From positions 39,928,001-39,992,000 of the forward strand of contig OZ024744.1 in the NCBI GenBank assembly GCA_964016885.1: a DNA stretch of 64,000 bases. Direction: 5' to 3'. Shown one piece after another: positions 28,201-44,000 of the stretch; position 1 is the stretch's first letter; each line of letters begins with the position of its first letter. The position numbers and the translations under genes were made by a program. A model generated the notes under the pieces. It made no database searches, was not told the DNA's origin, and worked only from the letters and a program-made list of their open reading frames with translations. The stretch is from Eledone cirrhosa (taxonomy: Eukaryota).

Positions 28201-30600
28201 CTACCCTAATGTTGACACCTATTGTTGATCCTACCCTAATGTTGACACCTATTGTTGATCCTATCCTGATGTTGATACATATTGTTGATCCTACCCTAAT
28301 GTTGACACCTATTGTTGATCCTACCCTAATGTTGACACATATTGTTGATCCTACACTGATGTTGACACCTATTGTTGATGCTACCCTAATGTTGCCACAT
28401 ATTTTTGATCCTACCCTAATGTTGACACCTATTGTTGATCCTACCATAATGTTGACACCTATTGTTGGTTCTACCCTGATGTTGACACCTATTGTTGATC
28501 CTACCCTGATATTGACACCTATTGTTGATCCTACCCTGATGTTGACATCTATCGTTGATCCTAATGTAATGTTGACACCTATCGTTGATCCTACCCTAAT
28601 GTTGACACCTATTGTTGATCCTACCTAATGTTGACACCTATTGTTGATCCTATTCTGATGTTGATACATATTGTTGATACTACCCTAATGTTGACACATA
28701 TTGTGGGTCCTGCCCTAATGTTGACACATATTGTTGATCCTACCCTGATGTTGATACCTATTGTTGATCCTACCCTAATGTTGACACCTATTGTTGATCC
28801 TACCCTAATGATGACACATATTGTTGATCCTACTCTAATGTTGACACATATTGTTGATCCTACACTGATGTTAACACCTATTGTTGATCCTACCCTAATG
28901 TTGACACATATTGTTCATCCTCTCTAATGTTTACACATATTGTTGATCCTACCCCAATGTTGACACCTATTGTTTATCCTACCCCAATGTTGACACCTAT
29001 TGTTGATCCTAACCTAATGTTGACACCTATTGTTGATCCTATCCTAATGTTGACACATATTGTGGATTCTACCCTAATGTTGACACATATTGTTGATCCT
29101 ACCCTAATGTTGACACATATTGTTGATCCTACCCTAATGTTCACACATATTATTGATCCAACTCTAATGTTGACACATATTGGTGATCCTACCCTAATGT
29201 TGACACATATTGTTGATCCTACCCTAATGTTGACACCTATTGTTGATCCTATCCTGATGTTGATACATATTGTTGATCCTACCCTAATGTTGACACCTAT
29301 TGTTGATCCTACCCTAATGTTGACACATATTGTTGATCCTACACTGATGTTGACACCTATTGTTGATGCTACCCTAATGTTGCCACATATTGTTGATCCT
29401 ACCCTGATATTGACACCTATTGTTGATGCTACCCTAATGTTGACACCTATTGTTGATCCTATCCTAATGTTGACACCTATTGTTGATCCTATCCTGATGT
29501 TGATACATATTGTTGATCCTACCCTAATGTTGACACCTATTGTTGATCCTACCCTAATGTTGCCACATATTGTTGATCCTACCCTAATGTTGACACCTAT
29601 TGTTGATCCTACCCTAATGTTGACACCTATTGTTGGTCCTACCCTGATGTTGACACCTATTGTTGATCCTACCCTGATATTGACACCTATTGTTGATCCT
29701 ACCCTGATGTTGACATCTATCGTTGATCCTAACCTAATGTTGACACCTATTGTTGATCCTACCCTAATGTTGACACCTATTGTTGATCCTACCCTAATGT
29801 TGACACCTATTGTTGATCCTATTCTGATGTTGATACATATTGTTGATCCTACCCTAATGTTGACACATATTGTGGGTCCTGCCCTAATGTTGACACATAT
29901 TGTTGATCCTACCATAATGTTGACACATATTGTTGATCCTACCCTGATGTTGATACCTATTGTTGATCCTACCCTAATGTTGACACCTATTGTTGATCCT
30001 ACCCTAATGATGACACATATTGTTGATCCTACTCTAATGTTGACACATATTGTTGATCCTACACTGATGTTAACACCTATTGTTGATCCTACCCTAATGT
30101 TGACACATATTGTTGATCCTACCCTAATGTTGACACATAATGTTGATCCTACCCTAATGTTGACACCTATTGTTGATCCTACCCTAATGTTGACACATAT
30201 TGTTGATCCTACACTGATGTTGACACCTATTGTTGATGCTACCCTAATGTTGCCACATATTGTTGATCCTACCCTAATGTTGACACCTATTGTTGGTCCT
30301 ACCCTGATGTTGACACCTATTGTTGATCCTACCCTGATATTGACACCTATTGTTGATCCTACCCTGATGTTGACATCTATCGTTGATCCTAACCTAATGT
30401 TGACACCTATCGTTGATCCTACCCTAATGTTGACACCTATTGTTGATCCTACCTAATGTTGACACCTATTGTTGATCCTATTCTGATGTTGATACATATT
30501 GTTGATACTACTCTAATGTTGACACATATTGTGGGTCCTGCCCTAATGTTGACACATATTGTTGATCCTACCCTGATGTTGATACCTATTGTTGATCCTA
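23765..30600 (+). repeat. Tandem duplication of 3417 bp, junction near 27180
   Basis: ORF starts 25211/28628, 25510/28927 and 27039/30456 all differ by 3417. Rare ACG variant at 23778/27195. The cassette begun at 27039 is truncated at about 27180. Confidence 0.9.
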
Positions 30601-31099
30601 CCCTAATGTTGACACCTATTGTTGATCCTACCCTAATGATGACACATATTGTTGATCCTACTCTAATGTTGACACATATTGTTGATCCTACACTGATGTT
30701 AACACCTATTGTTGATCCTACCCTAATGTTGACACATATTGTTCATCCTCTCTAATGTTTACACATATTGTTGATCCTACCCCAATGTTGACACCTATTG
30801 TTTATCCTACCCCAATGTTGACACCTATTGTTGATCCTAACCTAATGTTGACACCTATTGTTGATCCTATCCTAATGTTGACACATATTGTGGATTCTAC
30901 CCTAATGTTGACACATATTGTTGATCCTACCCTAATGTTGACACATATTGTTGATCCTACCCTAATGTTCACACATATTATTGATCCAACTCTAATGTTG
31001 ACACATATTGGTGATCCTACCCTAATGTTGACACATATTGTTGATCCTACCCTAATGTTGACACCTATTGTTGATCCTATCCTGATGTTGATACATATT

Positions 31100-34000
31100 G
31101 TTGATCCTACCCTACTGTTGACACCTATTGTTGATCCTACCCTAATGTTGACACATATTGTTGATCCTACACTGATGTTGACACCTATTGTTGATGCTAC
31201 CCTAATGTTGCCACATATTGTTGATCCTACCCTGATATTGACACCTATTGTTGATGCTACCCTAATGTTGACACCTATTGTTGATCCTACCCTAATGTTG
31301 ACACCTATTGTTGATCCTATCCTGATGTTGATACATATTGTTGATCCTACCCTAATGTTGACACCTATTGTTGATCCTACCCTAATGTTGACACATATTG
31401 TTGATCCTACACTGATGTTGACACCTATTGTTGATCCTACCCTAATGTTGCCACATATTGTTGATCCTACCCTAATGTTGACACCTATTGTTGATCCTAC
31501 CCTAATGTTGACACCTATTGTTGGTCCTACCCTGATGTTGACACCTATTGTTGATCCTACCCTGATATTGACACCTATTGTTGATCCTACCCTGATGTTG
31601 ACATCTATCGTTGATCCTAACCTAATGTTGACACCTATCGTTGATCCTACCCTAATGTTGACACCTATTGTTGATCCTACCTAATGTTGACACCTATTGT
31701 GGATCCTATTCTGATGTTGATACATATTGTTGATACTACCCTAATGTTGACACATATTGTGGGTCCTGCCCTAATGTTGACACATATTGTTGATCCTACC
31801 CTGATGTTGATACCTATTGTTGATCCTACCCTAATGTTGACACCTATTGTTGATCCTACCCTAATGATGACACATATTGTTGATCCTACTCTAATGTTGA
31901 CACATATTGTTGATCCTACACTAATGTTAACACCTATTGTTGATCCTACCCTAATGTTGACACATATTGTTCATCCTCTCTAATGTTTACACATATTGTT
32001 GATCCTACCCCAATGTTGACACCTATTGTTTATCCTACCCCAATGTTGACACCTATTGTTGATCCTAACCTAATGTTGACACCTATTGTTGATCCTATCC
32101 TAATGTTGACACATATTGTGGATTCTACCCTAATGTTGACACATATTGTTGATCCTACCCTAATGTTGACACATATTGTTGATCCTACTCTAATGTTCAC
32201 ACATATTATTGATCCCACTCTAATGTTGACACATATTGGTGATCCTACCCTAATGTTGACACCTATTGTTGATCCTACCCTAATGTTGACACATATTGTT
32301 GATCCTACACTGATGTTGACACCTATTGTTGATGCTACCCTAATGTTGCCACATATTGTTGATCCTACCCTGATATTGACACCTATTGTTGATGCTACTC
32401 TAATGTTGACACCTATTGTTGATCCTACCCTAATGTTGACACCTATTGTTGATCCTATCCTGATGTTGATACATATTGTTGATCCTACCCTAATGTTGAC
32501 ACCTATTGTTGATCCTACCCTAATGTTGACACATATTGTTGATCCTACACTGATGTTGACACCTATTGTTGATGCTACCCTAATGTTGCCACATATTGTA
32601 GATCCTACCCTAATGTTGACACCTATTGTTGATCCTACCATAATGTTGACACCTATTGTTGGTCCTACCCTGATGTTGACACCTATTGTTGATCCTACCC
32701 TGATATTGACACCTATTGTTGATCCTACCCTGATGTTGACATCTATCGTTGATCCTAACCTAATGTTGACACCTATTGTTGATCCTACTCTAATGTTGAC
32801 ACCTATTGTTGATCCTACCCTAATGTTGACACCTATTGTTGATCCTATCCTGATGTTGATACATATTGTTGATCCTACCCTAATGTTGACACATATTGTG
32901 GGTCCTGCCCTAATGTTGACACATATTGTTGATCCTACACTGATGTTAACACCTATTGTTGATCCTACCCTAATGTTGACACATATTGTTCATCCTCTCT
33001 AATGTTTACACATATTGTTGATCCTACCCCAATGTTGACACCTATTGTTGATCCTATCCTGATGTTGATACATATTGTTGATCCTACCCTAATGTTGACA
33101 CATATTGTGGGTACTGCCCTAATGTTGACACATATTGTTGATCCTACCCTAATGTTGACACATATTGTTGATCCTACCCTGATGTTGATACCTATTGTTG
33201 ATCCTACCCTAATGTTGACACCTATTGTTGATCCTACCCTAATGATGACACATATTGTTGATGCTACTCTAATGTTGACACATATTGTTGATCCTAAACT
33301 GATGTTAACACCTATTGTTGATCCTACCCTAATGTTGACACATATTGTTGATCCTACCCTAATGTTGACACATATTGTTGATCCTACCCTAATCTTGACA
33401 CATATTGTTGATCCTACCCTAATGTTGACACCTATTGTTGATCCTACCCTAATGTTGACACATATTGTTGATCCTACACTGATGTTGACACCTATTGTTG
33501 ATGCTACCCTAATGTTGCCACATATTGTTGATCCTACCCTAATGTTGACACCTATTGTTGATCCTACCCTGATATTGACACCTATTGTTGATCCTACCCT
33601 GATGTTGACATCTATCGTTGATCCTAATGTAATGTTGACACCTATCGTTGATCCTACCCTAATGTTGACACCTATTGTTGATCCTACCTAATGTTGACAC
33701 CTATTGTTGATCCTATTCTGATGTTGATACATATTGTTGATACTACCCTAATGTTGACACATATTGTGGGTCCTGCCCTAATGTTGACACATATTGTTGA
33801 TCCTACCCTGATGTTGATACCTATTGTTGATCCTACCCTAATGTTGACACCTATTGTTGATCCTACCCTAATGATGACACATATTGTTGATCCTACTCTA
33901 ATGTTGACACATATTGTTGATCCTACACTGATGTTAACACCTATTGTTGATCCTACCCTAATGTTGACACATATTGTTAATCCTCTCTAATGTTTACACA

Positions 34001-37000
34001 TATTGTTGATCCTACCCCAATGTTGACACCTATTGTTTATCCTACCCCAATGTTGACACCTATTGTTGATCCTAACCTAATGTTGACACCTATTGTTGAT
34101 CCTATCCTAATGTTGACACATATTGTGGATTCTACCCTAATGTTGACACATATTGTTGATCCTACCCTAATGTTGACACATATTGTTGATCCTACCCTAA
34201 TGTTCACACATATTATTGATCCAACTCTAATGTTGACACATATTGGTGATCCTACCCTAATGTTGACACATATTGTTGATCCTACCCTAATGTTGACACC
34301 TATTGTTGATCCTACCATAATGTTGACACCTATTGTTGGTCCTACCCTGATGTTGACACCTATTGTTGATCCTACCCTGATATTGACACCTATTGTTGAT
34401 CCTACCCTGATGTTGACATCTATCGTTGATCCTAACCTAATGTTGACACCTATTGTTGATCCTACTCTAATGTTGACACCTATTGTTGATCCTACCCTAA
34501 TGTTGACACCTATTGTTGATCCTATCCTGATGTTGATACATATTGTTGATCCTACCCTAATGTTGACACATATTGTGGGTCCTGCCCTAATGTTGACACA
34601 TATTGTTGATCCTACACTGATGTTAACACCTATTGTTGATCCTACCCTAATGTTGACACATATTGTTCATCCTCTCTAATGTTTACACATATTGTTGATC
34701 CTACCCCAATGTTGACACCTATTGTTGATCCTATCCTGATGTTGATACATATTGTTGATCCTACCCTAATGTTGACACATATTGTGGGTCCTGCCCTAAT
34801 GTTGACACATATTGTTGATCCTACCCTAATGTTGACACATATTGTTGATCCTACCCTGATGTTGATACCTATTGTTGATCCTACCCTAATGTTGACACCT
34901 ATTGTTGATCCTACCCTAATGATGACACATATTGTTGATCCTACTCTAATGTTGACACATATTGTTGATCCTACACTGATGTTAACACCTATTGTTGATC
35001 CTACCCTAATGTTGACACATATTGTTGATCCTACCCTAATGTTGACACATATTGTTGATCCTACCCTAATCTTGACACATATTGTTGATCCTACCCTAAT
35101 GTTGACACCTATTGTTGATCCTACCCTAATGTTGACACATATTGTTGATCCTACACTGATGTTGACACCTATTGTTGATGCTACCCTAATGTTGCCACAT
35201 ATTGTTGATCCTACCCTAATGTTGACACCTATTGTTGATCCTACCCTGATATTGACACCTATTGTTGATCCTACCCTGATGTTGACATCTATCGTTGATC
35301 CTAATGTAATGTTGACACCTATCGTTGATCCTACCCTAATGTTGACACCTATTGTTGATCCTACCTAATGTTGACACCTATTGTTGATCCTATTCTGATG
35401 TTGATACATATTGTTGATACTACCCTAATGTTGACACATATTGTGGGTCCTGCCCTAATGTTGACACATATTGTTGATCCTACCCTGATGTTGATACCTA
35501 TTGTTGATCCTACCCTAATGTTGACACCTATTGTTGATCCTACCCTAATGATGACACATATTGTTGATCCTACTCTAATGTTGACACATATTGTTGATCC
35601 TACACTGATGTTAACACCTATTGTTGATCCTACCCTAATGTTGACACATATTGTTAATCCTCTCTAATGTTTACACATATTGTTGATCCTACCCCAATGT
35701 TGACACCTATTGTTTATCCTACCCCAATGTTGACACCTATTGTTGATCCTAACCTAATGTTGACACCTATTGTTGATCCTATCCTAATGTTGACACATAT
35801 TGTGGATTCTACCCTAATGTTGACACATATTGTTGATCCTACCCTAATGTTGACACATATTGTTGATCCTACCCTAATGTTCACACATATTATTGATCCA
35901 ACTCTAATGTTGACACATATTGGTGATCCTACCCTAATGTTGACACATATTGTTGATCCTACCCTAATGTTGACACCTATTGTTGATCCTATCCTGATGT
36001 TGATACATATTGTTGATCCTACCCTAATGTTGACACCTATTGTTGATCCTACCCTAATGTTGACACATATTGTTGATCCTACACTGATGTTGACACCTAT
36101 TGTTGATGCTACCCTAATGTTGCCACATATTGTTGATCCTACCCTGATATTGACACCTATTGTTGATGCTACCCTAATGTTGACACCTATTGTTGATCCT
36201 ATCCTAATGTTGACACCTATTGTTGATCCTATCCTGATGTTGATACATATTGTTGATCCTACCCTAATGTTGACACCTATTGTTGATCCTACCCTAATGT
36301 TGACACATATTGTTGATCCTACACTGATGTTGACACCTATTGTTGATGCTACCCTAATGTTGCCACATATTGTTGATCCTACCCTAATGTTGACACCTAT
36401 TGTTGATCCTACCCTAATGTTGACACCTATTGTTGGTCCTACCCTGATGTTGACACCTATTGTTGATCCTACCCTGATATTGACACCTATTGTTGATCCT
36501 ACCCTGATGTTGACATCTATCGTTGATCCTAACCTAATGTTGACACCTATTGTTGATCCTACCCTAATGTTGACACCTATTGTTGATCCTACCCTAATGT
36601 TGACACCTATTGTTGATTCTATTCTTATGTTGATACATATTGTTGATCCTACCCTAATGTTGACACATATTGTGGGTCCTGCCCTAATGTTGACACATAT
36701 TGTTGATCCTACCATAATGTTGACACATATTGTTGATCCTACCCTGATGTTGATACCTATTGTTGATCCTACCCTAATGTTGACACCTATTGTTGATCCT
36801 ACCCTAATGATGACACATATTGTTGATCCTACTCTAATGTTGACACATATTGTTGATCCTACACTGATGTTAACACCTATTGTTGATCCTACCCTAATGT
36901 TGACACATATTGTTGATCCTACCCTAATGTTGACACATAATGTTGATCCTACCCTAATGTTGACACCTATTGTTGATCCTACCCTAATGTTGACACATAT

Positions 37001-37300
37001 TGTTGATCCTACACTGATGTTGACACCTATTGTTGATGCTACCCTAATGTTGCCACATATTGTTGATCCTACCCTAATGTTGACACCTATTGTTGGTCCT
37101 ACCCTGATGTTGACACCTATTGTTGATCCTACCCTGATATTGACACCTATTGTTGATCCTACCCTGATGTTGACATCTATCGTTGATCCTAACCTAATGT
37201 TGACACCTATCGTTGATCCTACCCTAATGTTGACACCTATTGTTGATCCTACCTAATGTTGACACCTATTGTTGATCCTATTCTGATGTTGATACATATT
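31100..37300 (+). repeat. Dispersed copy of ~15500-20020 (offset 15616, then 17293) containing an internal 1677-bp tandem duplication; ends approximate
   Basis: ORF starts 16068/31684, 16367/31983, 17386/33002, 18075/33691 and 18374/33990 differ by 15616. TGTAGAT at 16981/32597. Starts 33002/34679, 33691/35368 and 33990/35667 differ by 1677. TGATTCTATTCTTATG at 19321/36614 (17293). Confidence 0.88.
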
Positions 37301-38004
37301 GTTGATACTACTCTAATGTTGACACATATTGTGGGTCCTGCCCTAATGTTGACACATATTGTTGATCCTACCCTGATGTTGATACCTATTGTTGATCCTA
37401 CCCTAATGTTGACACCTATTGTTGATCCTACCCTAATGATGACACATATTGTTGATCCTACTCTAATGTTGACACATATTGTTGATCCTACACTGATGTT
37501 AACACCTATTGTTGATCCTACCCTAATGTTGACACATATTGTTCATCCTCTCTAATGTTTACACATATTGTTGATCCTACCCCAATGTTGACACCTATTG
37601 TTTATCCTACCCCAATGTTGACACCTATTGTTGATCCTAACCTAATGTTGACACCTATTGTTGATCCTATCCTAATGTTGACACATATTGTGGATTCTAC
37701 CCTAATGTTGACACATATTGTTGATCCTACCCTAATGTTGACACATATTGTTGATCCTACCCTAATGTTCACACATATTATTGATCCCACTCTAATGTTG
37801 ACACATATTGGTGATCCTACCCTAATGTTGACACATATTGTTGATCCTACCCTAATGTTGACACCTATTGTTGATCCTATCCTGATGTTGATACATATTG
37901 TTGATCCTACCCTAATGTTGACACCTATTGTTGATCCTACCCTAATGTTGACACATATTGTTGATCCTACACTGATGTTGACACCTATTGTTGATGCTAC
38001 CCTA

Positions 38005-41000
38005 ATGTTGCCACCTATTGTTGATCCTACCCTGATATTGACACCTATTGTTGATGCTACCCTAATGTTGACACCTATTGTTGATCCTACCCTAATGTTG
38101 ACACCTATTGTTGATCCTATCCTGATGTTGATACATATTGTTGATCCTACCCTAATGTTGACACATATTGTTGATCCTACCCTAATGTTCACACATATTA
38201 TTGATCCCACTCTAATGTTGACACATATTGGTGATCCTACCCTAATGTTGACACATATTGTTGATCCTACCCTAATGTTGACACCTATTGTTGATCCTAT
38301 CCTGATGTTGATACATATTGTTGATCCTACCCTAATGTTGACACCTATTGTTGATCCTACCCTAATGTTGACACATATTGTTGATCCTACACTGATGTTG
38401 ACACCTATTGTTGATGCTACCCTAATGTTGCCACCTATTGTTGATCCTACCCTGATATTGACGCCTATTGTTGATGCTACCCTAATGTTGACACCTATTG
38501 TTGATCCTACCCTAATGTTGACACCTATTGTTGATCCTATCCTGATGTTGATACATATTGTTGATCCTACCCTAATGTTGACACCTATTGTTGATCCTAC
38601 CCTAATGTTGACACATATTGTTGATCCTACACTGATGTTGACACCTATTGTTGATGCTACCCTAATGTTGCCACATATTTTTGATCCTACCCTAATGTTG
38701 ACACCTATTGTTGATCCTACCATAATGTTGACACCTATTGTTGGTTCTACCCTGATGTTGACACCTATTGTTGATCCTACCCTGATATTGACACCTATTG
38801 TTGATCCTACCCTGATGTTGACAGCTATCGTTGATCCTAACCTAATGTTGACACCTATTGTTGATCCTATCCTGATGTTGATACATATTGTTGATCCTAC
38901 CCTAATGTTGACACCTATTGTTGATCCTACCCTAATGTTGACACATATTGTTGATCCTACACTGATGTTGACACCTATTGTTGATGCTACCCTAATGTTG
39001 CCACCTATTGTTGATCCTACCCTGATATTGACACCTATTGTTGATGCTACCCTAATGTTGACACCTATTGTTGATCCTACCCTAATGTTGACACCTATTG
39101 TTGATCCTATCCTGATGTTGATACATATTGTTGATCCTACCCTAATGTTGACACCTATTGTTGATCCTACCCTAATGTTGACACATATTGTTGATCCTAC
39201 ACTGATGTTGACACCTATTGTTGATGCTACCCTAATGTTGCCACATATTTTTGATCCTACCCTAATGTTGACACCTATTGTTGATCCTACCATAATGTTG
39301 ACACCTATTGTTGGTTCTACCCTGATGTTGACACCTATTGTTGATCCTACCCTGATATTGACACCTATTGTTGATCCTACCCTGATGTTGACATCTATCG
39401 TTGATCCTAATGTAATGTTGACACCTATCGTTGATCCTACCCTAATGTTGACACCTATTGTTGATCCTACCTAATGTTGACACCTATTGTTGATCCTATT
39501 CTGATGTTGATACATATTGTTGATACTACCCTAATGTTGACACATATTGTGGGTCCTGCCCTAATGTTGACACATATTGTTGATCCTACCCCGATGTTGA
39601 TACCTATTGTTGATCCTACCCTAATGTTGACACCTATTGTTGATCCTACCCTAATGATGACACATATTGTTGATCCTACTCTAATGTTGACACATATTGT
39701 TGATCCTACACTGATGTTAACACCTATTGTTGATCCTACCCTAATGTTGACACATATTGTTCATCCTCTCTAATGTTTACACATATTGTTGATCCTACCC
39801 CAATGTTGACACCTATTGTTTATCCTACCCCAATGTTGACACCTATTGTTGATCCTAACCTAATGTTGACACCTATTGTTGATCCTATCCTAATGTTGAC
39901 ACATATTGTGGATTCTACCCTAATGTTGACACATATTGTTGATCCTACCCTAATGTTGACACATATTGTTGATCCTACCCTAATGTTCACACATATTATT
40001 GATCCAACTCTAATGTTGACACATATTGGTGATCCTACCCTAATGTTGACACATATTGTTGATCCTACCCTAATGTTGACACCTATTGTTGATCCTATCC
40101 TGATGTTGATACATATTGTTGATCCTACCCTAATGTTGACACCTATTGTTGATCCTACCCTAATGTTGACACATATTGTTGATCCTACACTGATGTTGAC
40201 ACCTATTGTTGATGCTACCCTAATGTTGCCACATATTGTTGATCCTACCCTGATATTGACACCTATTGTTGATGCTACCCTAATGTTGACACCTATTGTT
40301 GATCCTATCCTAATGTTGACACCTATTGTTGATCCTATCCTGATGTTGATACATATTGTTGATCCTACCCTAATGTTGACACCTATTGTTGATCCTACCC
40401 TAATGTTGACACATATTGTTGATCCTACACTGATGTTGACACCTATTGTTGATGCTACCCTAATGTTGCCACATATTGTTGATCCTACCCTAATGTTGAC
40501 ACCTATTGTTGATCCTACCCTAATGTTGACACCTATTGTTGGTCCTACCCTGATGTTGACACCTATTGTTGATCCTACCCTGATATTGACACCTATTGTT
40601 GATCCTACCCTGATGTTGACATCTATCGTTGATCCTAACCTAATGTTGACACCTATTGTTGATCCTACCCTAATGTTGACACCTATTGTTGATCCTACCC
40701 TAATGTTGACACCTATTGTTGATCCTATTCTGATGTTGATACATATTGTTGATCCTACCCTAATGTTGACACATATTGTGGGTCCTGCCCTAATGTTGAC
40801 ACATATTGTTGATCCTACCATAATGTTGACACATATTGTTGATCCTACCCTGATGTTGATACCTATTGTTGATCCTACCCTAATGTTGACACCTATTGTT
40901 GATCCTACCCTAATGATGACACATATTGTTGATCCTACTCTAATGTTGACACATATTGTTGATCCTACACTGATGTTAACACCTATTGTTGATCCTACCC

Positions 41001-44000
41001 TAATGTTGACACATATTGTTGATCCTACCCTAATGTTGACACATAATGTTGATCCTACCCTAATGTTGACACCTATTGTTGATCCTACCCTAATGTTGAC
41101 ACATATTGTTGATCCTACACTGATGTTGACACCTATTGTTGATGCTACCCTAATGTTGCCACATATTGTTGATCCTACCCTAATGTTGACACCTATTGTT
41201 GGTCCTACCCTGATGTTGACACCTATTGTTGATCCTACCCTGATATTGACACCTATTGTTGATCCTACCCTGATGTTGACATCTATCGTTGATCCTAACC
41301 TAATGTTGACACCTATCGTTGATCCTACCCTAATGTTGACACCTATTGTTGATCCTACCTAATGTTGACACCTATTGTTGATCCTATTCTGATGTTGATA
41401 CATATTGTTGATACTACTCTAATGTTGACACATATTGTGGGTCCTGCCCTAATGTTGACACATATTGTTGATCCTACCCTGATGTTGATACCTATTGTTG
41501 ATCCTACCCTAATGTTGACACCTATTGTTGATCCTACCCTAATGATGACACATATTGTTGATCCTACTCTAATGTTGACACATATTGTTGATCCTACACT
41601 GATGTTAACACCTATTGTTGATCCTACCCTAATGTTGACACATATTGTTCATCCTCTCTAATGTTTACACATATTGTTGATCCTACCCCAATGTTGACAC
41701 CTATTGTTTATCCTACCCCAATGTTGACACCTATTGTTGATCCTAACCTAATGTTGACACCTATTGTTGATCCTATCCTAATGTTGACACATATTGTGGA
41801 TTCTACCCTAATGTTGACACATATTGTTGATCCTACCCTAATGTTGACACATATTGTTGATCCTACCCTAATGTTCACACATATTATTGATCCCACTCTA
41901 ATGTTGACACATATTGGTGATCCTACCCTAATGTTGACACATATTGTTGATCCTACCCTAATGTTGACACCTATTGTTGATCCTATCCTGATGTTGATAC
42001 ATATTGTTGATCCTACCCTAATGTTGACACCTATTGTTGATCCTACCCTAATGTTGACACATATTGTTGATCCTACACTGATGTTGACACCTATTGTTGA
42101 TGCTACCCTAATGTTGCCACCTATTGTTGATCCTACCCTGATATTGACACCTATTGTTGATGCTACCCTAATGTTGACACCTATTGTTGATCCTACCCTA
42201 ATGTTGACACCTATTGTTGATCCTATCCTGATGTTGATACATATTGTTGATCCTACCCTAATGTTGACACATATTGTTGATCCTACCCTAATGTTCACAC
42301 ATATTATTGATCCCACTCTAATGTTGACACATATTGGTGATCCTACCCTAATGTTGACACATATTGTTGATCCTACCCTAATGTTGACACCTATTGTTGA
42401 TCCTATCCTGATGTTGACACATATTGTTGATCCTACCCTAATGTTGACACCTATTGTTGATCCTACCCTAATGTTGACACATATTGTTGATCCTACACTG
42501 ATGTTGACACCTATTGTTGATGCTACCCTAATGTTGCCACCTATTGTTGATCCTACCCTGATATTGACACCTATTGTTGATGCTACCCTAATGTTGACAC
42601 CTATTGTTGATCCTACCCTAATGTTGACACCTATTGTTGATCCTATCCTGATGTTGATACATATTGTTGATCCTACCCTAATGTTGACACCTATTGTTGA
42701 TCCTACCCTAATGTTGACACATATTGTTGATCCTACACTGATGTTGACACCTATTGTTGATGCTACCCTAATGTTGCCACATATTTTTGATCCTACCCTA
42801 ATGTTGACACCTATTGTTGATCCTACCATAATGTTGACACCTATTGTTGGTTCTACCCTGATGTTGACACCTATTGTTGATCCTACCCTGATATTGACAC
42901 CTATTGTTGATCCTACCCTGATGTTGACATCTATCGTTGATCCTAACCTAATGTTGACACCTATTGTTGATCCTATCCTGATGTTGATACATATTGTTGA
43001 TCCTACCCTAATGTTGACACCTATTGTTGATCCTACCCTAATGTTGACACATATTGTTGATCCTACACTGATGTTGACACCACCCTAATGTTGCCACCTA
43101 TTGTTGATCCTACCCTGATATTGACACCTATTGTTGATGCTACCCTAATGTTGACACCTATTGTTGATCCTACCCTAATGTTGACACCTATTGTTGATCC
43201 TATCCTGATGTTGATACATATTGTTGATCCTACCCTAATGTTGACACATATTGTTGATCCTACCCTAATGTTCACACATATTATTGATCCCACTCTAATG
43301 TTGACACATATTGGTGATCCTACCCTAATGTTGACACATATTGTTGATCCTACCCTAATGTTGACACCTATTGTTGATCCTATCCTGATGTTGATACATA
43401 TTGTTGATCCTACCCTAATGTTGACACCTATTGTTGATCCTACCCTAATGTTGACACATATTGTTGATCCTACACTGATGTTGACACCTATTGTTGATGC
43501 TACCCTAATGTTGCCACCTATTGTTGATCCTACCCTGATATTGACGCCTATTGTTGATGCTACCCTAATGTTGACACCTATTGTTGATCCTACCCTAATG
43601 TTGACACCTATTGTTGATCCTATCCTGATGTTGATACATATTGTTGATCCTACCCTAATGTTGACACCTATTGTTGATCCTACCCTAATGTTGACACATA
43701 TTGTTGATCCTACACTGATGTTGACACCTATTGTTGATGCTACCCTAATGTTGCCACATATTTTTGATCCTACCCTAATGTTGACACCTATTGTTGATCC
43801 TACCATAATGTTGACACCTATTGTTGGTTCTACCCTGATGTTGACACCTATTGTTGATCCTACCCTGATATTGACACCTATTGTTGATCCTACCCTGATG
43901 TTGACAGCTATCGTTGATCCTAACCTAATGTTGACACCTATTGTTGATCCTATCCTGATGTTGATACATATTGTTGATCCTACCCTAATGTTGACACCTA

